A stretch of 64,000 bases of DNA, taken from Orbicella franksi (taxonomy: Eukaryota). A program made the position numbers and the translations under genes. The notes under the pieces were generated by a model. The model ran no database searches. It had not been told where the DNA came from and saw nothing but the letters and a program-made list of their open reading frames with translations. Below are positions 35,501 through 48,900 of this stretch, piece after piece; the first letter of the stretch is position 1; the number at the start of each line of letters is the position of its first letter. The stretch spans positions 7,750,001 to 7,814,000 of the forward strand of contig OZ116709.1 of assembly GCA_964199315.1 (NCBI GenBank). The letters are read 5' to 3'.

Positions 35501-37140
35501 TTCAGTTTATAGTCCATAATGAAGTCTATGTGATTGCAATTTCATTGTTTTGGGGAATACATAAACTTCTGAACTATGTGAATTAGCTGTGTGTGTGTGT
35601 CTACGTTGAATCAAGCCAAGTTAATTAGAATGTGTATTTTTTTGTACTTTGCAGAACAAAGGTACAAACTGTACGAAGAAATGATTGATTGTACAACAGA
35701 AGACCAGGATTTTTACTCAGCACATTTGGTGAGCTTACAAAAGGAGTTTGTCAAGGATCAACCACCGATTGTGAAAAACTTAATCCGTCTTGTAAAGTAC
35801 TGGCGCAAAACCTGTATTGAAGACAAAAGCACTGGTGAACCTAGACTGCCATCTTCATATCCGCTGGAGCTCATCACCATAGATTGTTGGGAGAACGCAG
35901 CTGGAAAAACTTCATTTGACATTCGGGCCGGCTTTAAAGCTGTTCTTGAACGGTTAGCTGATAATTGCCACATACACGTCATTTGGCATAAATACTACGA
36001 TAAGGATCTCGCTGAGAGAGGGATCAAGATGTGTGAAAGGTTCGTTTTCGTTCCTGTACAGGGAAAATGGCAAGGAAGACCCAGGCGGGGGGAAGATGCC
36101 CATATAAAAGCGATGGCCGGGGGTGATCATCATACCTTTTAGGGGGTCAAATTTGTCAATTGATACCTCTTAGGGTGCTAAAATCAAGGATGACCACTGG
36201 TAGAGTTATCGCGGTAGCGTTTACTGTGCTGAGCAGAGAAGTGTGACAGGAACCAATTGCCAGTCAAATTTTGTGATATTCTTTATTGCTGTAATGAAAT
36301 GGTGAAAATGTCACTTAACATTAACGAGTTGTTTTAAGATTGGTACCATTTAGCAGTGAAAATGAATTTGGGCCACACCCACAAAACTAATTTTAGGGGT
36401 TGTTTCCAAAATTTCCGACAATCACCCTCTCGATTTAATATGGGAGCCCCCACCGGAAGGAAGACAGCCTAAATGAAATTCAGATAAATCATAGGAAAAA
36501 GGGTCAGCTGACAGCCACGAGATGCACGCTAAGGCGATAAAGGTAGAACAGCACTAGGTTCAACATTTTTTGTAGAAAAAAAGCCCAGTGCTGTTCTACC
36601 TTTGTCGCCTAAGTGTGCATCTTGTGGCTATCAGCTGACCCTTTTTCCTTTGATTTACATATTAAGCCACATCCCACATTTTTACCATTTTTACCATTTT
36701 TTGACATTCAGATAGTTATGATAGACACCCACAGACAGATAGTAAGTGAGCCAAAGAATGGTGGAGCGAAAGTCAAGTAGTCAGATAGAGATACAATCAG
36801 CTACCCAGTCAGAAAAACAGGCAGACAGAAAGGCTTACAGACAGGCAGACAGAGACAATCAAGTAAATAGGCAAACAATAAAAAAACATACAGAGATTGA
36901 GAGTCTGAGAGACAGCGACTGACAGATTTCATTTAACAGCATGTTACTGGACTGAAACACTGTCTTCTTCCACGCAGCCCACCATTTGTTCTGGACCCTG
37001 CCAACCCAACCAACAACGTATGCAGTGCTAGTGATGCCGAGGGATGGAAAACCGTGGCAGATGTGGCTAAAATGACACTTCAGAGGCAGCCACTGAAGGA
37101 CATCAACTTCAATAAAAACTGGGAAATAATACAGATTTAA
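29341..37140 (+). CDS. OAS: Zinc-finger-fused 2'-5' oligoadenylate synthetase B, about 422 aa; exons 29341-29599, 31161-31336, 33113-33398, 35655-36039, 36978-37140
   Basis: Canonical GT-AG sites, phases 1,0,1,2, total 1269 nt with no internal stop. GGSVGKGT, DIDCVVF, FDIDLLP, LIRLVKYW, LPSSYPLELITIDCWE, PFVLDPANPTNNV. Confidence 0.9.
33467..35459 (-). mobile_element. Unclassified TIR DNA transposon deletion derivative with NHL-repeat coding remnants, in OAS-B intron 3
   Basis: 17-bp imperfect TIRs agagggtcatgaagggg / ccccttcacgcccctct and GTAG duplication. Empty site in OAS-A intron 3 (gtcatgtagagacag, about 16237-16251). ORF remnants at 33927-34980. Confidence 0.8.
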
Positions 37141-37159
37141 GACAATCATAGGTCATAAA

Positions 37160-37664
37160 TAGCGGTGGGCCGATACCGATAACAAATACTCGATATCACT
37201 GGCGTTTCCTTAAAAAGTATCAATACTTTTGGGAAATATCGATCGTTTCGATCTCTTTCAATACTGCACTCGTGACTGCTCAATGAAATATTCCAGGCTG
37301 TTTCAGTGCCCTAAAACAATATTTTTCTCGTTAGTGGTGTTGTACTGCACTCGAAGGAACAATCGCAACCTTGCAACTTCCATCTAGAGGTGACGTAAAT
37401 ACCTGGCATGCGCAATAGTTCTGGGAGTCTGAGTTCTTTTTGGTACCCATAGAAGAAATTAAAAATGATACACTTTTGCTATGGTTTTTTTTTTTATATG
37501 GACTATTAAAAGGCTTTCAGTGCTTAATTGATAACATCTGAGCAAAATTTTGAATGACGTCACAGTATTGATATCGATATCGAATATCGAAAAAAAACCG
37601 AAATATCGGTAAATATCGTACTCGTATCGTATCGATTTAAAAAACTGGTATTAACCCACCACTA
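37160..37664. mobile_element. MITE-like insertion immediately 3' of OAS-B
   Basis: Ends tagcggtgggc / acccaccacta with atcgat-rich subterminal repeats. Absent from unit A. Confidence 0.5.
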
Positions 37665-39974
37665 TAGTCACTGATAAATGATTCACTTCGCTCTGCATTG
37701 TTTTGAAGTATTTAATGAACACACTTGTTCTGTATTGTCAATAGTAGAACTCCCAGTCAGAAGCGCGTGCAAGCGGAGCACCATAGCAAAAGAATATGTA
37801 TCCATGCGATTTAATTTGGATTGTCAGGCAAGCGTGCATCCATACTCTATGATTGGTTTTCACACATACGTGCGTAATGCGTGCAGAACCGACAATATTT
37901 CTCTTCAAATACATGACCTCTTAACTAGGAGCTCTGTGGTTAGGCTTGCCTATCTATATATATTAACCAACTATTTAGTTTAAAAAATTGTTAAAAGGTA
38001 TAATTTCTAGGTTGGTGGGCGTAAGCACCTTAAACAATTTAACAAAGCCGACACGCAGTCGAGGGTTTGCATAACTTTCGAGAATCTTTTACGAGTTTGA
38101 AAATTCTCGCGTGCTTATGATTAAACGCACTTTTATGAATCTTTCCTATGAAACTCGTGACAGTGACAATCAACTGATATTCATTTCGTTTTCACTGTTT
38201 TGTATTTTTTTAAAATCACTATCAATATGGTGTCTTTTCTGTTGTTAAATTGCTGATCATTAACGGTCTTAACGTGCTGTTAACCCTCCCCCCCCGGGGG
38301 GTACTCCCTTATATGGGCTCTATAGGTATGTGCGGCCCCATAAGGTATGGTTTTTCAACCGTTTTGGTCATAAATAGGATATTAAAAGCAAGCTAATAAT
38401 CGACCATCATGCGTGCGTATCACACGTACAGCAGAATTGCTTCAGGTGATATATTACAGGTGATAAACAAAACACTGACCCCTTGTCAATGGACTACCTA
38501 AATGGACTACCCTCAACAGGACTAATCCTTGGAGTCTTTTGTTTTTTGCTAGCTATAGCCAACACCTATTTTAAAATTCAAAGTTCTTTCTTCGAAAAAC
38601 AGCTCGAAGTCATGCTACATCCCTCAATATCAGTGTTTGACCGCCGGTCCAAGATTTACGATCAATGTGAATTGTTTTGAAGATCACTTGACCACTTAAT
38701 CTTGACTTAAGCACAATAAAATAAATGGTATCATTGAAAGCTCTGTGTGCTTTGCTAATTTTTAAGCTTCCTCCTCCTATTCAGGAGTAATTAACCGAAC
38801 AATATATTTTTTTTCGGGAGGGGGGGGGGGGGGGGGGAGAGAGAATCCAAGAGAGAGGAAGCGGAATGTCTCGTATTACACGTAGAAGTATCCAGCTATT
38901 GAAATGAGCTATGCTGCTCTAGCAATCTTTGAGTCAGTACATACATAACACTTCAATTGGCTGAAACACCGGCAGATAACATGTATTTGCCAGTCAAATA
39001 AGCGGCCACTTGTTTCATTTCACGGTAGCCTGGTTAGTGTAGTGCTATCGTACAGGATGAGAACCAGTAAATAATGATTTGTGTGAACTTACCCAAAGGG
39101 TTGTTTAAAACACAGCTCAACGCGGACAGAATTCCCTTCACCTTCTGCCTTATAATCCCCGTTCTCTGGCCTTGTTTTCCCTATACCTCCTATACGATTG
39201 TTGAACTTCTCTATAACCATAATTCGGGCAGTAAACGAGGTTTCAGTTTGCGGATTTCGTGAATCTTGGGTTCTCTCGGAAATGAATGCTTCGAGTATCC
39301 TAAAATAAAAACCTTTGTTTTCCTTTGGTGTCAAAATTCAGAAACAAGCGCACGCTTTAGAGCATCAGTAGCTTTTCGCGGGTGAGACTGAACGAAACGA
39401 AGGATATTTCTGTCAAGTATTCCTAGCAGGTTGGCCTTCAATGTTGGATCCGTAGCAGGCGGTTATCGTACAGCCCAATCAACAGTAACTGTGATCTTTG
39501 TTTATTTTGTGTTTGTAGCTGGCTTGAAGGATTGTTCATTACTTCTGTTGACTTTTGAATTCGAATTCAACTGTTTTTGTACATAAAAAGTGCCAGACCC
39601 AATATTCCCGATGTGAAATGATAAGTGTTTTGCGGATTTCGACATTTCAGAAGTGACTTTGCCACTTTCATTACAGCGTTTAGACAATTCGTGTTTGCTG
39701 TAAGCCAGAAGAAGGTTTGGACTCTAATATTAATAAGATAACGGTAGCCACATTCGTTGAGTACAGGGACCTCCCTGGAGGAAAACGTGTGGCTACTGAG
39801 TTGTATCCCTGGGATGAAAAGCTGATAAGTTTTTACTTTTCAAAGTATTTGGCTTTTGCTGCCCTTTCCCCTCGATAGAGAATCATTAATTTCTGCGATG
39901 TTTTTACTCGTGAATGCAGAGTTTTCTGTTATAGTAGTTGTTTGCGAGGCAGTTTGCAATGCCGGCCAAAGAAT

Positions 39975-42900
39975 TCACAACGTACTACCGGAAGGTTCAC
40001 TACCATCAGTAAGAACTGTACCCCCGGGAGTGACACTAGCGAGTGGCTTTTCAGCCTCCGTGGTCAGAGCAATAGTGCTGGGGGGCCCTGGCACAGTGGC
40101 GCTTGGCTCCTGTGGGATAACACCCTCAACGGGGGCTGGTTTTAATTCTTTTTCAGCGGGCGTTATGTTTTTACTTTCAAGAGTCACTATATTCGAGTCG
40201 GAAGCCACTTCCTCCGACATAGGAACCTCGGACGAAGGCAACACTCCGGCTACCATCTGAACGTCTGCGATGGGACTCGGTGTTTTATCCATGGATTCTC
40301 CTTTAGAGAGCGAATCTGTGATTAAATCTCGGGGAATGGCGTCAGGTGTTTTCGTTGGCGCTTCGTTTGCTGGTGTTATCGAAGTATGATTTTCTTTGTT
40401 TTTAATTATTGGAGGTGATAAGGTTTGTTCTAATGCCGACGGAACAGCTTCAGTGTCGGAGCCCGAAGTTACATCGGCGCCTGTGTCGGTTCCCGATGAT
40501 CCTTTCGGCTGATGCGAAACTGAGGTGTTGGATGAAGAGGTCTGGTAATAAAGAGAAATGTTAAAGTTAGTGGATACTCGATGAGATGATCGAGTATTTC
40601 ATTCTAACATTGAAGAAGATAGGCGGGTTAGTCGCCTCAGAATTATTTCGGATTCCATCAACAAATCACCAGTGCGCATTTCATACACCTGTACTGGACA
40701 AGATTCATTGTAAGTAACATATACAAAAAATTTATTTCTTGTAACTTACAATCTAAGGATTTTACTGCATACAGTGGGCAATCATTATGTAGGCTTCGCT
40801 CGTGTGTGGCTTAAGCTTTCTCAGTCCAACTTCTTTTCTATGCGGTGTTGGCTAACACTTTAGACCAAGTCTGCTTGTTTTACGTCCCTGTTTTAGAGAA
40901 CTCCATTTCAAAATCGGAATGACCCTGATAAAAACATTTTGATGGATAACCTTCTATTGTGGGGTAGTGACCCATTAATGCCTTGTGATTGGCCAGACGT
41001 AACTGCATTCTTTAGAGAAAAAGGTGCTGACGCCTTCCCTCAACAAACTACAGTTTGTCAGCAGTGTATCAATTCAATTGAGCTTGTAATTCTATTTGCC
41101 ATCTTAGTGTATAGCAGGTATTGTTTTGGGGCACGGGGCATTGTACCTGTTGTTTGTTCTGATCTATTGTTCTCTTAAAGAGTACCGAACCACTCATGTG
41201 AGACCTTACGAGAGCTGCTACATGATCCCAGTTTGTACCCAGAACTGGAAAATCTTCTTTATCTTCAATGCAAAGTAACATTTTAAAATAGCAATACGAG
41301 TACATTACCTGTGGTTTGACGTGTTGTTGGCAATATTTCAAAGCCTGATCCAGCAAAGAGGAAGGCGACTCTGGATTTTCCTGCACGAATTCAAGTGACT
41401 CTCCTGACGCGGACTACAATCAAGAAAGTAGGTATTCCAGAATTATAACGTGAGAAAGATGCTGTTTTCCACAGGGTTAAAGCGATTACAATCAAACTAC
41501 TACTGCTGTAAGATCAATGTGGCTGTGAGCCCCTCAACTTGGAAAAAGGATCGTCTGTAAACATCGGCAATTCTGATTTCACTGCCCTGTTTTGTTATCC
41601 GTAGGTCATTTATATATCGAGCTTGTAACATAAACAAGACGAGTCCGAGGGTTATTAACATTGTTGAAAACCAAAGTTTGGTTTATCAAAAATTCGAAAA
41701 GATTGTTACAATATTCTGGCTCTAGTTCAGTCATAGTCATGACTGTTAGATTAAAACAAGTGGACAACTTATGTATCAAAGCTAAGTAGGCGTATAAACA
41801 AGCAATGACATAACATGATGTATCGAGCTAAAGAGGCGAAAAATAAAGTTGAAGCCCACTTGCATTGTTAAGAAATAACGCAAAACGTAACAATAAGAGA
41901 ATACATAAGGAGATGTGACACCGTTAAAATATTCATGAAGTCATCCTAGTCCGAGAAGTTGCAGTACGTTCGCTGTTGGCTTGACAGAATATCACCAACA
42001 CCTATCAAACAGCGTTACACGAAGTGAAAGGACTCACAAAGAAGTTCTTTACAGGGTCCTTTCCCTTTGCAAACACCCCTACGTTCAAAATGTCAAATCT
42101 CCCCATTGATTGTCATACATTTCCTTCAAAGTTAGTTGTGAGAATTTGGAGGTAAATCAAGAAGATATCCCTTAGTTGATGTCTGTGTACATTCCTGTTG
42201 AAAACGTCTCATGGTATTTCAGTGTGCGCATGATTGATAAGTACCCGTTAAAGTTATTTTTCAAAACAAGAAACAACTCACTTTAGAAATCACTAACATC
42301 TCAAAGGCCTGCGTCAGCAAACTTTCAGTCACCTAAAAAAAACAGGTAAAAAACAAAAATTGGAACAACACCAGTCAACTTGCACAACCCGTCGAAAAAA
42401 GGTGAGCAGAAGCTTCAACGCCATCGATAAAAAAAGGACATTTTACACTTCTTTCTCTTTGTAATCACGAAAGTAAGCAAGAACTGAAGGCAAGATAAAA
42501 TGACAATGAGTTTTTTTACGTTGAAACATGGTGAATAGAGGGAAATGGTTAGGAAACCGGGCAAAGTTCTTTGTTGTATGTTTTTGTTTGCTATTTTGGG
42601 GGTTGATCCTGCACAAAACCTGGCAAAATACAAAAGATGGTTACGTGTGTGCATACAACTAACCAATAGATGCATTGCGATTATGTAAATCATGCATAGT
42701 AAAAGCATAAAACAAAAGACGCGCAGGGTCAAGGACCGTCCAACATAAATCTTGGCCTGTTTGTTTGCTTCTTTGATATTTACCGGCCTTCCTAACCATT
42801 TCCCTCTATTAACTATGGTTGAAAGTTCTAGCATACCTTAACATAAGGCTCATATTTTTGTCCAGTTTTCCAGCACTCGTACATGTCCACGACCAGCTGA

Positions 42901-45900
42901 GATAAAATAGAGGGTTCAACCTGCAAACACGAGAAAAAGATACTGACTTGAAACCATGCCACGCTTGTACTCTGGAATTTCCTCTTGAAAACACAGCGGA
43001 TTCCCACCCCATTTATCACCGATGATGCTCGTGATCTGCCAGATACGGTTGAAATTTCTCTCAAGTGTATTCAATACAAATTCCAGCAGCCAGGTTAGGA
43101 GAATAAAGGATCTGATGATCTAAAGGAAAATGTCTTGACTGATAACCAAACTGTTGCAGTAAACAGAGAAAACTGATGTTCCAAAATTACAAGGGAAGAT
43201 GAAGGGTACGAGAATTAATCCCACATAAAGGCTTTGTTCCCAAGGTTACCCCTGTAGTAACCAGTAGTAACCAGTTCTAATTTTACCACGCGCGTTGCGT
43301 GGATAATTTCGTGGACAATAACAATGCGCGATTTAACAAATTGACCGCTCTCACTCGTTGACGCATCGCATAAATTATAAATTTCTGTGTCTCTCCGCTT
43401 AGTGACAATAAAAATTAGTCAATAAACGTAAAAAAATATGATTAGACCTGTTTATGCATCAGAATTTGCTTGTGTCTGTAATTGAAGCAATCCCTCATCT
43501 TATTGATGGGTATCTGTAAGCTCAGCAAATGTAGACTAGTGTCCCCACTGTCAATTCTTGAGTGATAACAGAATAGACGTATGAAAAACTGACGTTAATT
43601 TGTCTTTTACAATAATAAATTGTCAAATCGTGCGCTCTCGCTCGTTGACGTATCGCATAAATTATAAATTCATGTGTCTGTCCGCTTGTTGACAATGAAA
43701 ATTAGCCAATGAGCGCGCGAGAATTTCTGCAGTTATCGTAATAAAGCCATTTGGCCTGTTCACGTGTGTAAAATCAGTGTCTCAGGATTGGCTGTTTAAA
43801 AACCCTCTGAAAATCGGGATTGATGTAAAAATAACTTGAGATAGATTACGTCGGTAATAATAAATCTCTTACTCTTCATTCTCTCTTACAGTAAAACTAG
43901 AGAGCTTTCCTTTCTCGTTAGCAGGCAGATAGACAAAATAGCCGGCATTTTGCAGCATTGCGGAATCGCAATTTTTACTTTCTCGCGTGTGGTACTCGTT
44001 CACAGATTTGAACTTTGTGCTTACCTTCGAATCCTGCTTAGAGACTCGAACTTTCATTATTTCCAGCGAATACTCAAAAGCCTGTAAATAGATTCAATGT
44101 AGACATAAGAAAACAACAGAACAATCCATCCACCATAGCAATCAGATCCGTAAACAAAAACCCCAAGAGCACCAGCACTACGTACGTTGTCATGACAGCT
44201 TGTCGTCATGACGACACGTCACGTTACTTAGCAACTACTCTACAAAAAAAAATGCGGGCTCAATCAATTTAAATGAATTTAAAATTGCTCCGTCAGGAGA
44301 TAAGATAGCAGTTTACCCTACCGGGTAAAGTTAAAACGTTGCCAATCGTGAAACAGTATTCAGTAGAAAAGCGAAAGCGACGGTTTCGCGGAATCCAAGC
44401 GGAAATATTATGGCTGAATGTCAGTGGTCGAGCAAGCGACACAAAAGGATGGCACTGAAAGAATTGACTTGAAAATGTGGATTTTTATTTATTTTAGTTT
44501 CTTCAAGTTTCTTACCTTTCTGGCTAAATAGTGTCTCTCGTTGTCTCTCAAGTATTTTCTGTCAAAAAGAAAAAAAAATCAGCCAAAAAAAAAGATGACT
44601 CAACTGATGAGAAAATGTAAAACACGTCAGTAAAATCACTGTCAGAGTGTCTTTCTTGGCAGATCTTGTCGCCTTGAACATAATAAGACTTCGGTTACAT
44701 TGTAGTGGGAACGTGGGGGGAAAACAGCGGAGGAGGAAATATCAGGCTACAATCCCAGACGGAAACGTTGGGATAACCAGCAAGTTGTCCCCTTTCCCAC
44801 TCACAATGTCGAAAATCAGGTATTTTTTTTCCCTTTTCGTCGAAACAAAACGCGGCATTTTCCCATCATTGATTGGGGAAGGTGAGGCATACGTGATCCA
44901 CAAGTTTCCCCTACTAATTTCGTCTGGGATTGTAGAAATATGTACTTGTTATTCAACGCTTTCTCGTGATATACTATGGATTAATATTCCACTTGTCACT
45001 GGTATTTTTCTGGTTTATACACTCGCCTTTTTCTCTACTATACCATGCCACAGAAAATGCAGTGGTCAACACAATCAATCCCGGGAATCAATGCGAGATA
45101 CGCCAGCGCACGACGGGAAGGTTGGGTGTTGTACCGTCAAGTAAACAACTGCTTTCCTGTCTTCCGATTGGCTGTATTTTCTATGGCATGGTATAAATAA
45201 GCGTTGTTAACTATGTGCGCGACTTACTTCCCCTGCTCCGGTGTTCGATAGAGAAGAGTCTGGATAAGTAACAATGTGTCCCACTCGTTTAATTCTTTGA
45301 GAACTTCCAGCAACAAAGCCACCGACTTGTACGTGTGTGTACAGAAACATCCGGGCCTAAAATGAACCACAAGACACTGTTGTTGGATGTACAGCCCTGA
45401 AAGTAATCTATGCTTTTTTTAAAAATAAAATAAAATAAAATAAAATAAAATAAAATAAATGCGGAAACATAGAATTATTCGGCTAACGTGTTTAAATCCT
45501 TGTTGCCACCCAATTCAGATCATTTGATGATTCACTTGAGAGGTTACAATTGTTCTATTTGTTCATACTCCCATGCAATCAGTTGAGTGTGGCAAATTGC
45601 ACAATGAACCACATTCGTATTCTCGGTATTGGACTGGAACTAGCTTGCAACTGAGGCTATGCGGGGGGTCTTTTCAAATGCAAATGTAGTTGATCTCTTT
45701 TTAATGATATTCCCCGCATGAGCCTCCATTGCAGGCTAGTTCCAGTCCAAAAGCGAGAATACGAATATGGCCTATTGTAAGCTAAAAAATGAAGCGTAAC
45801 GTTGTCTGAATTGGGTGACAAAAAAGGATTTAAATAAGTTAGCCGAATTCGTAAATTGATGGTTGGACATGTTTAGAAGAGATTTTTGGTCTGAGTAGTA

Positions 45901-48900
45901 AATGTTACATTTAAGAAATAACTTTGATTATCAAAATGTAAATTTTCTTTGCTCGCGCCATCATTACGTCAACAGCTCGAGCTATTTCTGTGTTTGTACC
46001 GAGTTATAGAAACACGATTTTTAAACAATCAGCGCGCGTATATTCTTAGGACTGTTTTCTAAAAAGGAATACTTCAGGTTAAGTGGTTATCAAAAAAAAA
46101 AAAAAAAAAAAAAAAAAATAGATAACCATATTACACCGTCATCCCTTTGTTTCTTTGTCCCTCAAGCGTCAGAGAAAAAAAGCGACATAAAAAGCGGCTA
46201 ACGTGTAGTGAATATTTTCAAGTTATGCTCACTCTACCGTCACAGTTACGGCAGACATGGTTATTGTCTCACCGTTCATTTGCTGTTTTACCAAAACAAT
46301 AGCCTCTCAAAACAGACCGCATTCTTTTAGCTCAACGCACTCTCGTTTACAACTAAGGTTGGAACAGAGATAGTGATGAGCCAGAACAAGTGTTTCTCGT
46401 AACTTTATAGCTCCAACAAGACTTCAGCTAAACCAGCATGATCTGCAAATAATTCTTTTCAGCTCCATATTGCCTGGTACCATTGTCAACATTCAGTTTT
46501 CCAGGTCACACTCCGGTTCACAATAACTTCGTACATGATAGCTCCCTGTTAGTAATTTCATATTCAAATTTTGTAAGCTATCACTGGATAGTTATATTGG
46601 CTCAAGTTGCTGCCCAATTTCTATCAAAAATCCAGACGGCCAGGAGCGAACATAAACATTCTTGGTTTGTTCTGCGCTGATCTGTGAACAGAAACCATGC
46701 CGGTCGTCGGGAAAAACTGGCAAACAACAAGAGCCACCATCAGAGAAAGAAGCAAGTTTATCTCTTAACCGATGTGAAGTTTGTAGTGACAAAGGCCAAT
46801 GGCGAAAGTGTAAGTAAACAAGTGATTTCAGCTCACAAGTTTGTGCTGTCGATTAGCAGTCCTGTGTTTGAAGCCATATTTTACGGTGAGCTGGCGGAGA
46901 CTACAGACTCTATTGAACTGCCTGACTGTGAGTACGACAGTCCGTTAGAGTTGTTTCGTTACATGTATAGCGATGAGGTAATGTTGAGCAGAAGAAATGT
47001 GATGGGAGTGTTGTACACAGGTCCCTACTTGAAGCAGTAGTCATAAGAAGTACTCTGATTATTGAAGAGATAGAGTTGTTTAAGGCTGTCGACTTGTGGG
47101 CAACAAAGCAATGCGAGAAACCAGGTTTACCGGCCGATGGTGCAACAAAAAGACTTCTCGGAGAAGAAGTGATTAAAGGAATACGCTTTCCAAAAATGAA
47201 ACAAGAAGATTTCGCTACTGTGGTGATAGGCAGTGAAATCTTGGAAGAAACAGAATTCGTCAGTATTAACAGACATATGAGTTCCAATTCAGCCTCAAGG
47301 ATTCCAGTGAGATTTCCAGAAACCGAACGATCTGGTTTTGTCGCTGACAACGTTTCTGGATATAAGCAACCAGTGACGTTTCTGGATATAAGCCCCTTAG
47401 ATACGATGCTATCAATTTCTATGTGGACAAAGATATTGAACTACACGGTGTGTGCTTATTTGGTAGTGAGAATAACACGTACCATGTGAAGTTACTGATA
47501 ACAAACGTAATAAATGAGACAGTTCTGGTACGGAAAAGAGATCAGTTTACCTCAAAGTTATTACAATGTGAGAAATATGGCTATCACGGTTTTGAAGTGT
47601 TGTTTGACGAGAAAGTAATTCTAGCGAAAGACACCAGGTACGAACTGTTTGCTGAAATAAGAGGATCTGATTCGTTTTTTGGAGGAGACGGTGTCAGTTC
47701 TGTTAAATGTCGACACGTAATGTTCACGTCTTTCATGAAAGAGGACGAGGAAACCGTCGGTTATAGCGGATCAGACGTTGTATAGGGTCAATTTAACGGA
47801 TTCCTTTTTCCTTTAAGATACATGTTATGTTCAAGCAATATGTGTCGCGAATTCGAAAAAGATTTGATTAACTTAACGCTTTAACAATATTGCTTTACTC
47901 AAAGTACTGAGTCACGAAGTGGCTGGGTGATAGGTGAAGGTTATATCACACACGATTGCGAGACAGAATTTGAAAGAGGAGACATTACTCTTCCTCAATT
48001 TAACTAGAAATCGATCTTAAAAGGCTCCAAATCAAACTTAACTTTAGGTATATCAATTGATTAGAATGCTTGTTACAGCCATAAATCTTCAGTAAACGAG
48101 TGCATGGGTACCCTGTGGATCTACGCTACTCCTACATGAAATTAAGTTTACCTGCAAGTCACTTATTACAAAAAAGGCCTCTGGACTAGTATCAATCAAA
48201 GTGTGAATCAACTACTAGTGTTTTAAAAGAATTATTAATATGAAATGTAGACTGACAAGTTACCCTTAGCCTGAAGATCCAACGGACAAGAGAGATTTCC
48301 GTCTTGTTGTAAATTGTTGATTGGTAGTAGATTATTATCTATAAATGAGTCTGTTATAAAATAGATTTACCATTAATACTAAGTAGGAATTAATGCCATT
48401 GACATGTGTAACAAAAGCGTTGTTTTTTTTTTGTATTCCATAACAAAAAGCAAAATTTGGAAGAAAAGAGAAAGGGTCTAGCTACTGTTTGTGAAACATG
48501 TAAAATATCAATGATTCTTTATGCTTAAAAAGGTTGATACAAACGTCCCAGATTGATAACATTGTGTGTCATGCAATTTAGATAATTGGTGGAGCTTTGT
48601 TTTGGAAAAAATTATATTGTTCTTCAACAAGTAAATGTTAATATTTGAAGCCCCAGGGCTCACGTTCGGAGCAAACTGGGGGGGGGGGGGGGTGCTCTCA
48701 TGGAAGGGTTTCTGTGTTTAAGGAGGAATACTTCCTTAGTTGTAGATTTATAGCATGGGCTAAGAGTACCTCTAAACGTTTATTACTGGTCTCACTTCTA
48801 GAACACAAAACAAAAACACTGTCGAAACTTCGCATAGTCCACAGTGTCCTCGAGAAAACAAAGGGACACCATCATAAGCTTGACTTCAAACAATCTGAAC

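Noticed and set aside
44647-45144. 165-aa plus-strand ORF at the unit-B breakpoint
   Set aside because: Lies in repeat-derived CABIN1 intron sequence, starts at a non-ATG codon and has no domain signature.
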